Source: a virus (Duplodnaviria > Caudoviricetes). From it: a DNA stretch of 44,201 nt. The stretch lies in IMG/VR virus record IMGVR_UViG_3300020045_005005, positions 1 through 44,201 of that record; one strand, given 5' to 3'. Both the position numbers and the translations under genes were made by a program. The notes under the pieces were generated by a model. It saw only the letters and a list, made by a program, of their open reading frames with translations, did no database searches and was not told the DNA's origin. Shown here piece by piece: positions 1 to 6,955 of this stretch (within the stretch, counting starts at the first letter, position 1; each line of letters begins with the position of its first letter).

Positions 1-2
1 AA

Positions 3-200
3 ATTATAAACGACATAGTTAAAGAAAATCCAACTGCATTTACGGCATTAGCTTTATGTAATGAAAATTACTATATTTATACTTGTGAATTATCAAGTGG
101 TATCGTTCATTTTAAAGTAAACGTAAAAGACTTTGAAAGTGGCTTTTTAAAAGACGAAATGCAAGCGAATTTATTAATAGATTACATTAACATTAAATAA
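3..200 (+). CDS. Partial hypothetical protein (3' end)
   Basis: Open frame IINDIVKENP...LLIDYINIK ending at TAA 198-200. Confidence 0.6.
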   Translation: MINDIVKENPTAFTALALCNENYYIYTCELSSGIVHFKVNVKDFESGFLKDEMQANLLIDYINIK

Positions 201-207
201 TAATATT

Positions 208-333
208 ATGACACCAAAGCAATTAGAAATTTTAACCGATCTTTACAATCAAGCGGTTGAATCAGGAAAATTCTCACCAAGCGAAATGAGAGATTTATTT
301 ATTGGATTCCCTGTGCCACCTAGAGTAGAATAA
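208..333 (+). CDS. 41-aa peptide with Pro/Arg C-terminus
   Basis: MTPKQLEILTDLYNQAVESGKFSPSEMRDLFIGFPVPPRVE; A-rich start; stop abuts the next ATG; positional counterpart at 40507. Confidence 0.7.
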   Translation: MTPKQLEILTDLYNQAVESGKFSPSEMRDLFIGFPVPPRVE

Positions 334-717
334 ATGAAATATATCTCTTTCATAATTTTAATTTACAATTTCATAAGTCTAAAACTATTGTATTTAAATT
401 GGACTTATGAAAGAGTATCTTTGTTTGGTTATGAAACGCAAAGATGTGTACTGATTAATTTTATAGACATTCCATTTTATTTGTTGTTCGCTTTTGTGTT
501 CTTTAAATGGCTTTACAATATCTACAAAGGCAATCATTATTACTTAACTAACTTTCAAATTTATTGTACATTTGGTTGCATTGCTTTTTTATTAATGATT
601 TGGATTAACACACTTTGCGAGTGTATAAAATTACATAACATAATATTTTGGGGCAACTTTATAATATTATTTACTTTCTTTGCTTATGCTTGCAATTATT
701 TAAAGTTTAAAAAATGA
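334..717 (+). CDS. Multi-pass (about 4 TM) membrane protein
   Basis: Four hydrophobic segments; coupled to the upstream peptide and the downstream holin-like gene. Confidence 0.7.
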   Translation: MKYISFIILIYNFISLKLLYLNWTYERVSLFGYETQRCVLINFIDIPFYLLFAFVFFKWLYNIYKGNHYYLTNFQIYCTFGCIAFLLMIWINTLCECIKLHNIIFWGNFIILFTFFAYACNYLKFKK

Positions 718-962
718 TTTTAATTGACTTAATAAACGATACGCTTCGACCTAAAGGACGATTTGAACAAAAACGAGTTATGACATTTAGTTCGTTCTTT
801 TCGGCTTTAATCTACGGCTTTATGCCGTTTTGCGTTCCAACTTTTGAAGTCAAGGAGTTTGTTTTTTTAGGTTTTTTAGGAATTGGCGGTTTTACGGTAT
901 TTAGAACACAGAAAGTAAATAAAAACGAAATAGATAACGATACAGAAAACAATACAGAATGA
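714..962 (+). CDS. Putative holin (2 TM)
   Basis: Small, two hydrophobic helices, charged C-tail, upstream of the endolysin. Confidence 0.55.
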   Translation: MILIDLINDTLRPKGRFEQKRVMTFSSFFSALIYGFMPFCVPTFEVKEFVFLGFLGIGGFTVFRTQKVNKNEIDNDTENNTE

Positions 963-1297
963 GTACAAAGGAACAAAACGACGTAATCGAAATCAAAGGC
1001 GAAATAGGTAGGATTAGGCATCATTTAGATTTATTTAAAATAGATAATGCGGAAAAAAACAAAGTTCTACACGAAACAAGTAGTTCAGTAAACAGAATTG
1101 AAACCGCTTTAATAGGAAATCATTTAAACGGAAATGTCGGATTAGTTTCTGACTTTGCCGATTTACAGAAAATAGTTGAGGAGCAAAAAGAAAAATTAAT
1201 AGTGCATCGTGTTTATTTTGCTATATTAGGCTTTATTGCTTCAACTTCATTCACAGGTTTAATCGCTATTTGCGTAAAATTGTTTGCTAATAATTAG
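959..1297 (+). CDS. Coiled-coil protein with C-terminal TM (holin/antiholin-like)
   Basis: Heptad-rich N-part plus C-terminal TM in the lysis cassette; close homolog at 41236-41574. Confidence 0.55.
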   Translation: MSTKEQNDVIEIKGEIGRIRHHLDLFKIDNAEKNKVLHETSSSVNRIETALIGNHLNGNVGLVSDFADLQKIVEEQKEKLIVHRVYFAILGFIASTSFTGLIAICVKLFANN

Positions 1298-1317
1298 TTT
1301 GTTTAAAATTAAATTAT

Positions 1318-1388
1318 TACTTTTGGTATTCGCTGAATAAAAAAACTAATAACGTCCCTTTGTTTCAGCGAGCATCGGGGCGTTTTTT
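1318..1388 (+). promoter_or_regulatory. Bacteroidota promoter plus structured leader with terminator-like hairpin
   Basis: TACTTTTG 1318-1325; stem AACGTCCC/GGGGCGTT plus T-run; TCGCTGAA (1330) is complementary to loop TTCAGCGA (1364). Confidence 0.6.
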
Positions 1389-1401
1389 AATTTATTAAAT
1401 T

Positions 1402-1578
1402 ATGAGTAAGTCTGCAATTTATTTTATTTATGGAATAATTAGTTTTTTGCTATCGGGTTGTTTTTTAGGTCTTTTTTTAAAAGACAAAGATTTTGTGCTT
1501 TTAGCTATTTTTTTGTTTTCGCAATTTTTAGGTGTTGTTTGTTTAATTTTATCATCTAGAGCCGAGCCAAACAATTAA
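1402..1578 (+). CDS. 58-aa two-TM membrane protein (moron)
   Basis: MSKSAIYFIYGIISFLLSGCFLGLFLKDKDFVLLAIFLFSQFLGVVCLILSSRAEPNN; has its own promoter and terminator; absent from the right copy. Confidence 0.65.
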   Translation: MSKSAIYFIYGIISFLLSGCFLGLFLKDKDFVLLAIFLFSQFLGVVCLILSSRAEPNN

Positions 1579-1584
1579 ACCCAC

Positions 1585-1613
1585 AACCGCTAATTAAATT
1601 TAGCGGTTTTTTT
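1585..1613 (+). terminator. Intrinsic terminator
   Basis: AACCGCTAA/TTAGCGGTT stem plus T-run; TATATTTG promoter follows at 1615. Confidence 0.75.
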
Positions 1614-1645
1614 ATATATTTGTTAAACGATTAAAATAAAAAACT

Positions 1646-2089
1646 ATGAATAAAATAATTGAAGTTGCAAGTAAAGAAGTTGGCCAAGGAGAAGTGCCTT
1701 TAAACTCAAATAAAACAAAGTACGGTAAATGGTTTGGATTCGATGGTGTTGCTTGGTGCGGTATGTTTGTAAGTTGGTGTTATTATCAAGCTGGCCAACC
1801 GTTAGGCAAAATCGGATTTACAAAAGGTTTTGCTGGATGTCAAACGGCCGTGGCCTACTTTAAAAAAGCTGGCCAAGTAACAAATACGCCACTTGAGGGC
1901 GATATAGTGTTCTTTGATTGGAACAATGATGGCCGATACGACCATACTGGATTATTCGTTAAATGGATTGAAGTTGGCAAAACTTTCGAAACAATCGAAG
2001 GTAACACTTCTTTAACAAATCAAAGTAACGGTGGCCAAGTAATGCGACGTAATCGAAAAAACGTGAATGTAATATTTGTAAAGCCTTAA
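1646..2089 (+). CDS. Endolysin, CHAP-domain (cysteine/histidine) amidohydrolase/peptidase
   Basis: AWCGMFVSWC, GDIVFFDW, DHTG and TIEGNT motifs. Confidence 0.85.
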   Translation: MNKIIEVASKEVGQGEVPLNSNKTKYGKWFGFDGVAWCGMFVSWCYYQAGQPLGKIGFTKGFAGCQTAVAYFKKAGQVTNTPLEGDIVFFDWNNDGRYDHTGLFVKWIEVGKTFETIEGNTSLTNQSNGGQVMRRNRKNVNVIFVKP

Positions 2090-2091
2090 TT

Positions 2092-2601
2092 ATGAAAAAA
2101 TCAATCTTACTATTATTAACTCTATTTTTAATCGGTTGCGGTTCAAGACGTGTCGAAAAGTCAAAAGAAGTAACCAAAGAAAACAAAACAACCGAGTTAA
2201 CCACTACCGACAATTCAACAATCGAAATTAAAGCCGATACCAATACAAAAGTAATCGACTGTACAAATACCGATGAAATTGAAATAGCGCCTATTGACAA
2301 TACTAAAGAAATGGTTGTTAATGGAAAAAAGTACCTCAACGCTATTTTAAAGCATAAAAAAGTAAAAGCCAATATAATTACCGACAAAACCGAGAAAGTC
2401 GCTACAAATCAAAAAAACGACGTTAAAACGGATTTAAAAGAGGTTGTTGCAATTGAAACGTTAAAACAAAACACAAATAAAAAACGAGAGCAATTCGATT
2501 GGACTTGGATTATGATAGTAGGAACGTTAATATTAATGTTTTTACTTTGGTGGTATTTTGGTATTGGTAAGAAAAAAAAAGATGATAATAGTGCTAGTTA
2601 A
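2092..2601 (+). CDS. Putative unimolecular spanin (lipoprotein with C-terminal TM)
   Basis: Lipobox LIGC, periplasmic linker and C-terminal TM followed by KKKK; directly after the endolysin. Confidence 0.7.
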   Translation: MKKSILLLLTLFLIGCGSRRVEKSKEVTKENKTTELTTTDNSTIEIKADTNTKVIDCTNTDEIEIAPIDNTKEMVVNGKKYLNAILKHKKVKANIITDKTEKVATNQKNDVKTDLKEVVAIETLKQNTNKKREQFDWTWIMIVGTLILMFLLWWYFGIGKKKKDDNSAS

Positions 2602-2605
2602 ATAA

Positions 2606-2779
2606 TTATTTACTTATAGCATTTAAAACTCCTTTTAAAGTAGCGGTAGTTATATTTGAAATAGCATCACGCTTTTTACTAAATCTATATCTTATTTTTA
2701 ATCTTTTCTGTTTAGTGGTTTTTATTGAAGAACTATCCCATCTTTGATTTTCTTCATCGCCTCCGAAAAATATTCCCAT
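2606..2779 (-). CDS. 57-aa basic hypothetical protein (antisense moron)
   Basis: MGIFFGGDEENQRW...GVLNAISK; minus-strand TATCTTTA at 2802-2809; whole block absent in the right copy. Confidence 0.5.
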   Translation of the reverse strand: MGIFFGGDEENQRWDSSSIKTTKQKRLKIRYRFSKKRDAISNITTATLKGVLNAISK

Positions 2780-2853
2780 TATGTTTTATTTTTAATTTAC
2801 ATAAAGATAAATAAATTTTCAATTAAAAAATAGTTTTATATAAAATAATTCAC

Positions 2854-2936
2854 TAAATTTGATTTTCATATTTTAAGTTTTTGGTTTAGGTTTATGGTTA
2901 AGTTAGAGAAACGACATCGCTTGGTGTCGTTTTTTT
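2854..2936 (+). ncRNA. Candidate ~70-nt sRNA (with promoter and terminator)
   Basis: TAAATTTG promoter, then a U/G-rich body without an ORF, then hairpin AAACGACATC/GGTGTCGTTT plus T-run; identical at 42752-42834. Confidence 0.6.
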
Positions 2937-3022
2937 ATTGTCTAAACCCTAGTAAAATAAGGCAAACATAAAATTTAACATAAAAAAATAAGCAAATCTT
3001 ATTTTATTTGAAATAATTGTAT

Positions 3023-3030
3023 TACATTTG
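3023..3030 (+). promoter_or_regulatory. Early promoter (-7 box)
   Basis: TACATTTG matches the Bacteroidota TAnnTTTG consensus, 30 nt before the first early ORF. Confidence 0.65.
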
Positions 3031-3060
3031 TCTATCTTAAAACATTAAAACTTAAATATT

Positions 3061-3363
3061 ATGAAAACAAAAACTTTAAATGAATTGTATGTTTTGCTTT
3101 ATGAGCAAATACAAAATAAGTATCACTTTTATATATGCAATCAAATTGACGTGTTGTTAAGTAAAGGAATAATTACAGAAACGGAACACGACTTTTTTTT
3201 AATTCATTTTGAATCGCAAAGACCTACTTTAGAATTACATACTGAATTTTATGATTTGGAATGCTATAATAAAACATCTGTTGTTTGGTTTAGTGACTTT
3301 CTTGATAATGCAACAGAAAACAGAATTAAATTCATTCAAAAACTAATTGAAATAACAAAATGA
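3061..3363 (+). CDS. Hypothetical early protein (paralog A)
   Basis: Paralog of 3704-4015 (MKTxTLNxLYVLLYE...FIQKLIEITK). Confidence 0.75.
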   Translation: MKTKTLNELYVLLYEQIQNKYHFYICNQIDVLLSKGIITETEHDFFLIHFESQRPTLELHTEFYDLECYNKTSVVWFSDFLDNATENRIKFIQKLIEITK

Positions 3364-3674
3364 AAGACTTTAACACCGCAATAACCGAAGCTAAACTAGA
3401 CTACATTTCCGACATCGAATTTGCTTACTATTTTTCAAATCAATTTATAACTGTTAACTTTTACAAAAACAGTATAGGGACAAATATAATTGAGGAGTTT
3501 GGAACGATGCACAACGGTCAATGGTTTGACGTAATCCCAACAGACGAGCAAATTAAAGCTATGTTTAAACGATTAGACGATACTCCATACCGTGAAGTTG
3601 AAGTAGAACGCTTTACAGAGGATTTAAACTATCAAAACGACCCGTACTATGGATTTTACGGATTAGACGCTTAA
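3360..3674 (+). CDS. Conserved hypothetical early protein
   Basis: Near-identical to 43121-43435. Confidence 0.8.
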   Translation: MKDFNTAITEAKLDYISDIEFAYYFSNQFITVNFYKNSIGTNIIEEFGTMHNGQWFDVIPTDEQIKAMFKRLDDTPYREVEVERFTEDLNYQNDPYYGFYGLDA

Positions 3675-3703
3675 AACGATTAATAACTTAAACTTAAATA
3701 ATT

Positions 3704-4015
3704 ATGAAAACAAGAACTTTAAATCAATTGTATGTTTTGCTTTATGAAGAAGTAAAAAACGATAAAAGCTTTTACATTTGCAATGAAATTGAAATTTTAT
3801 TAATGCGTAAATTAATTTCAGAAGAAGAATATTATATCTTAAGAGAGCATTTTAAAAGTCAAAGACCTACGAAAAAACTTCACATTGAATTTTATAATCA
3901 CAAAAGCTATAATAAAGATTTAAAAGGAAGTATTTCGTGGTGGAGTTCTTTTGTTTTAGGAAAATTAGAACAAAGACTTTTATTCATTCAAAAACTAATT
4001 GAAATAACAAAATGA
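3704..4015 (+). CDS. Hypothetical early protein (paralog B)
   Basis: Paralog of 3061-3363; identical 38-nt 3' end. Confidence 0.75.
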   Translation: MKTRTLNQLYVLLYEEVKNDKSFYICNEIEILLMRKLISEEEYYILREHFKSQRPTKKLHIEFYNHKSYNKDLKGSISWWSSFVLGKLEQRLLFIQKLIEITK

Positions 4016-4188
4016 AAGAAATATTAAAATTCTACAAGTGGTACACTAACCGAGTTGGTGGCGTAATTCCACAATTTATTGAAGTGCAAAACTTTGACTT
4101 TTTAAACTACATCGATTTAAAAGTATCGAGTTTTAAACATCGAGCAAGCGAAATAAAAGAAACGTACAATCATAAATTTGTAAAATAA
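4012..4188 (+). CDS. 58-aa hypothetical protein
   Basis: MKEILKFYKWY...; ATGA and TAATG overlaps with its neighbours. Confidence 0.6.
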   Translation: MKEILKFYKWYTNRVGGVIPQFIEVQNFDFLNYIDLKVSSFKHRASEIKETYNHKFVK

Positions 4189-4349
4189 TGGAAGTGCCAA
4201 AAACCCACAAAGAGCAAAAGTATTCCGAGTTTTTCAAAGCTTGGTTAAAATCAGACCAAATTATACCACAATCAACTATTGCATTATTTACAAAATGTCA
4301 AAACGAAATAAGATTAGAAAACCCATTGTATAACAATAAACTTAATTAA
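4188..4349 (+). CDS. 53-aa hypothetical protein
   Basis: MEVPKTHKEQKYSEFF...; second, truncated copy starts at 44072. Confidence 0.65.
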   Translation: MEVPKTHKEQKYSEFFKAWLKSDQIIPQSTIALFTKCQNEIRLENPLYNNKLN

Positions 4350-4350
4350 A

Positions 4351-4770
4351 ATGAAAACAACAAAAAGATTTGAAAACGCATTAATGAAATTATATAATGC
4401 TTTTCACGAAAACAGATTAAATGCTATGGATTGCCAAGCTTGTGCGGTAGGCAATATTTGTAATAATTCAAGTATTTGGAGAAATTACGCCTCTTTTAAC
4501 ACTTGTGATTTTACTATTGAAATATCTAAAAGAGATTTACCTCCAAGTATTAGAAGTTTTGGATATTCAAAATTAGAAATTGCAAACATTGAAAAGATAT
4601 TTATTGAATCTTGCAACTTTGAATCAGGAACTAAGGAACAACAATTTAAAGGCTTATGTGAAGTAGTTGAATACCTAGCCGAATTAGACAATATTCCAAA
4701 TCCAATGGACTACACAAAGCTATTTGAAACCGAAAACGATTTACCTAAATACGAGTTAATTTTAAACTAA
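4351..4770 (+). CDS. Hypothetical protein with CxxCxxGxxC motif
   Basis: DCQACAVGNIC. Confidence 0.7.
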   Translation: MKTTKRFENALMKLYNAFHENRLNAMDCQACAVGNICNNSSIWRNYASFNTCDFTIEISKRDLPPSIRSFGYSKLEIANIEKIFIESCNFESGTKEQQFKGLCEVVEYLAELDNIPNPMDYTKLFETENDLPKYELILN

Positions 4771-4776
4771 ACAACT

Positions 4777-5055
4777 ATGTACAAAGTAAAAGTAAAAGAA
4801 ACCCGCCAAAAATTCAGACCTGATTTAAAAGCATTTCAGTTAGCTGAAAAATTACAAGTATCGCCTCAGTCAATATACGACTTAGAAAATAAGTTCAACA
4901 AATCGCTCCAAAATCATTTGACTGTTATATTCTCAAATAAAGAGAACTTACAATCTTATTTAGATTTAAACATTCGCCCGATTATTTTAATTGATAAGAT
5001 TTGCAAAGAGTTGGGTTGTGAAATTTCGGATTTAATTATTAACGTTAAAAAATAG
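4777..5055 (+). CDS. XRE/Cro-like HTH regulator
   Basis: LAEKLQVSPQSIYDLE and KICKELGCEISDLI are typical XRE segments. Confidence 0.7.
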   Translation: MYKVKVKETRQKFRPDLKAFQLAEKLQVSPQSIYDLENKFNKSLQNHLTVIFSNKENLQSYLDLNIRPIILIDKICKELGCEISDLIINVKK

Positions 5056-5059
5056 ATTT

Positions 5060-5329
5060 ATGGAAAAAATATATCAAGTTTATGAAAATTTACTTTTAGA
5101 TATAAATGAAGTTGAATGTTCAAGAGTTACCGATAATTCATATTGGACATTAAATAATATGCGCTATGCTTTAGATACAAATTACTGTAAAAGTTTTAAG
5201 TCAAAAGATGATGCAGTTAGATATTTAAAAGGTAAAATTAATTCTAAAATTAATTCAGTAAAATCAACACTAAACTATTATGAAGAAAAATTAGAAGAAT
5301 TTAAATCTTTATATGAACAACCCCAATAA
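5060..5329 (+). CDS. Hypothetical protein
   Basis: ORF track; C-terminal coiled coil. Confidence 0.6.
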   Translation: MEKIYQVYENLLLDINEVECSRVTDNSYWTLNNMRYALDTNYCKSFKSKDDAVRYLKGKINSKINSVKSTLNYYEEKLEEFKSLYEQPQ

Positions 5330-5344
5330 AACCAACGAATTAAC

Positions 5345-5375
5345 TTGCTAAAACCAAATAATTTTAGTAAATTTA
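5345..5375 (+). promoter_or_regulatory. Promoter overlapped by an inverted repeat (possible operator)
   Basis: TTGCTAAAA/TTTTAGTAA overlaps TTG and TAAATTTA, upstream of the recombination genes. Confidence 0.4.
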
Positions 5376-5399
5376 TGTTAACTTAAAACAACTTAAAAA

Positions 5400-5900
5400 A
5401 TGGAAACAAAAAAAGACCATTACAGAAACGTATTTAAAAGCGACCACTTAGGAAGTGCGGACTTAGAAGATTTTATTGAACAACAAAAACCTTTGATTTT
5501 TACAATTAAACACGTAAAACAAGAGAAGCAAACCAAAGTTGCTGGTAAGAAAATGGATGCCAACATCGCGTACTTTGTAGAACCTATCAAACCAATGGTT
5601 TTAAATGCCACGAACTCAAAGCAAATTAAACTTTTTACAGGCAGTTCTTTTGTTCAAGATTGGAATAATGTAATTGTTGAGTTATACGTCGATGAAAACG
5701 TTAAATCCGTTAGTGGTGGAATTACTCAAGGTGTTAGAATTAGACCAGTGCAACCAAGAGTAAACACAAAACCGTTATTCGTTGAGGCTAACTTTGCTAA
5801 TGCTAAAAAAGCCAACGCAACACGTGAGCAAATTGAATCACGATACACGCTAACAGATGAGGTTTATACTAAATATTTAGCTTATGAGCCAACAACGTAG
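5400..5900 (+). CDS. Recombination-module protein (possible ssDNA-annealing/SSB-like)
   Basis: Occupies the usual annealase slot directly before the exonuclease; function inferred from position only. Confidence 0.5.
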   Translation: METKKDHYRNVFKSDHLGSADLEDFIEQQKPLIFTIKHVKQEKQTKVAGKKMDANIAYFVEPIKPMVLNATNSKQIKLFTGSSFVQDWNNVIVELYVDENVKSVSGGITQGVRIRPVQPRVNTKPLFVEANFANAKKANATREQIESRYTLTDEVYTKYLAYEPTT

Positions 5901-6504
5901 TCAAGAGTGGTACGACGTCCGTAAAGGGCGTTTTACCGCCTCACGTATAACAGAATTATTAGGTGTTCAAGGTTTAGGATTAACGGGCGATACATACGCT
6001 TTTGAAAAAGCCGTTGAATTAGTTTATGGAATAGATGAAGAAGAAAGTTTTACTTCTTTTGATATGAAACGAGGTATTGATTTAGAGCCGTTAGCATTTA
6101 GAAAATTTCAAGAGTTAAAAGACCTAGATTTTATTGAAGTTAAAGAAAGTTACTTTTTTCCCTATACTGATAATGCTGGTGCAAGTCCTGATGGTTTAGT
6201 AGGCACTGATGCAATACTCGAAATAAAATGTCCTAGACCAAACAAGTTTTTTAAATTAGTGGCCAAAGGAGAAAGCGCAATTGATAAAATATACATTGAC
6301 CAAATGCAAATGCAGATGATGTGTAGTAATTCGGTAAGATGCCACTTCTTTAACTACATTATTTTTAACGGTATTGAAATGTGGCACGAAATAATAGTTA
6401 ACCGTGATGAAAAGCGAATTGACTTTATTAAACAAAGAATTGACGAGGCGGTAAAATTACGCTCCGAATACGTAGAATATTTAACAAATAACAAACAATT
6501 TTAA
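5884..6504 (+). CDS. YqaJ/lambda-exonuclease family recombination nuclease
   Basis: QRSQEWYDVRKGRFTAS, GASPDGL, LEIKCP and QMQMQM motifs. Confidence 0.9.
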   Translation: MSQQRSQEWYDVRKGRFTASRITELLGVQGLGLTGDTYAFEKAVELVYGIDEEESFTSFDMKRGIDLEPLAFRKFQELKDLDFIEVKESYFFPYTDNAGASPDGLVGTDAILEIKCPRPNKFFKLVAKGESAIDKIYIDQMQMQMMCSNSVRCHFFNYIIFNGIEMWHEIIVNRDEKRIDFIKQRIDEAVKLRSEYVEYLTNNKQF

Positions 6505-6505
6505 A

Positions 6506-6778
6506 ATGGAATTATCAGGAACGATTATCGAAATTGGGAATACAGAAACAGTAGGTACTGCAGGAACTTTTAAAAAGCGATTATTGGTAGTAAAAACCAA
6601 TGAGCAATATCCTCAAGAAATACCTATTGATTTTGTGCAAGACAAAACAGAAGTTATAAATAATTTTTCAGTAGGTCAAGAAGTAAAAGTTGGAATCAAT
6701 TTAAGAGGCAACGAATACAACGGTAAAAGATACTGCAGTATAAACGGTTGGAGAATTGAAGCAGTAGCTACTTTTTAA
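6506..6778 (+). CDS. DUF3127-like OB-fold (SSB-like) protein
   Basis: FKKR...EQYPQ.I..DFVQDK...VGQEVKVGINLRG.EYNG...GWRI. Confidence 0.8.
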   Translation: MELSGTIIEIGNTETVGTAGTFKKRLLVVKTNEQYPQEIPIDFVQDKTEVINNFSVGQEVKVGINLRGNEYNGKRYCSINGWRIEAVATF

Positions 6779-6781
6779 TAA

Positions 6782-6949
6782 ATGCACGAAATAGAAGTAA
6801 TAAAATTCAACAAACAAAACATCCCAATAGCGAAAAAGATAATGACTTTAAACGAGTGGGATGTTTTCAACAAACGAAATGATTTATTTTATTACAAGGC
6901 ATTTCAAATCGGCTATGCGCAATTCAAAGAATTAAATAACTTAAAATAA
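6782..6949 (+). CDS. 55-aa hypothetical protein
   Basis: MHEIEVIKFNKQ...; fills the gap between coupled genes. Confidence 0.55.
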   Translation: MHEIEVIKFNKQNIPIAKKIMTLNEWDVFNKRNDLFYYKAFQIGYAQFKELNNLK

Positions 6950-6955
6950 TTAAAA

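Larger units (their letters stand above)
188..4317 (+). repeat. Left, divergent copy of the lysis/early region (partner ~40484-44201)
   Basis: Near-identical blocks (~950-1325, 1605-1649, ~2130-2455, 2849-3067, 3360-3690, 4180-4317) alternate with non-homologous genes. Confidence 0.95.

Noticed and set aside
188-4317. True direct terminal repeats of the virion DNA
   Set aside because: The copies are mosaic and divergent; physical terminal repeats would be identical.
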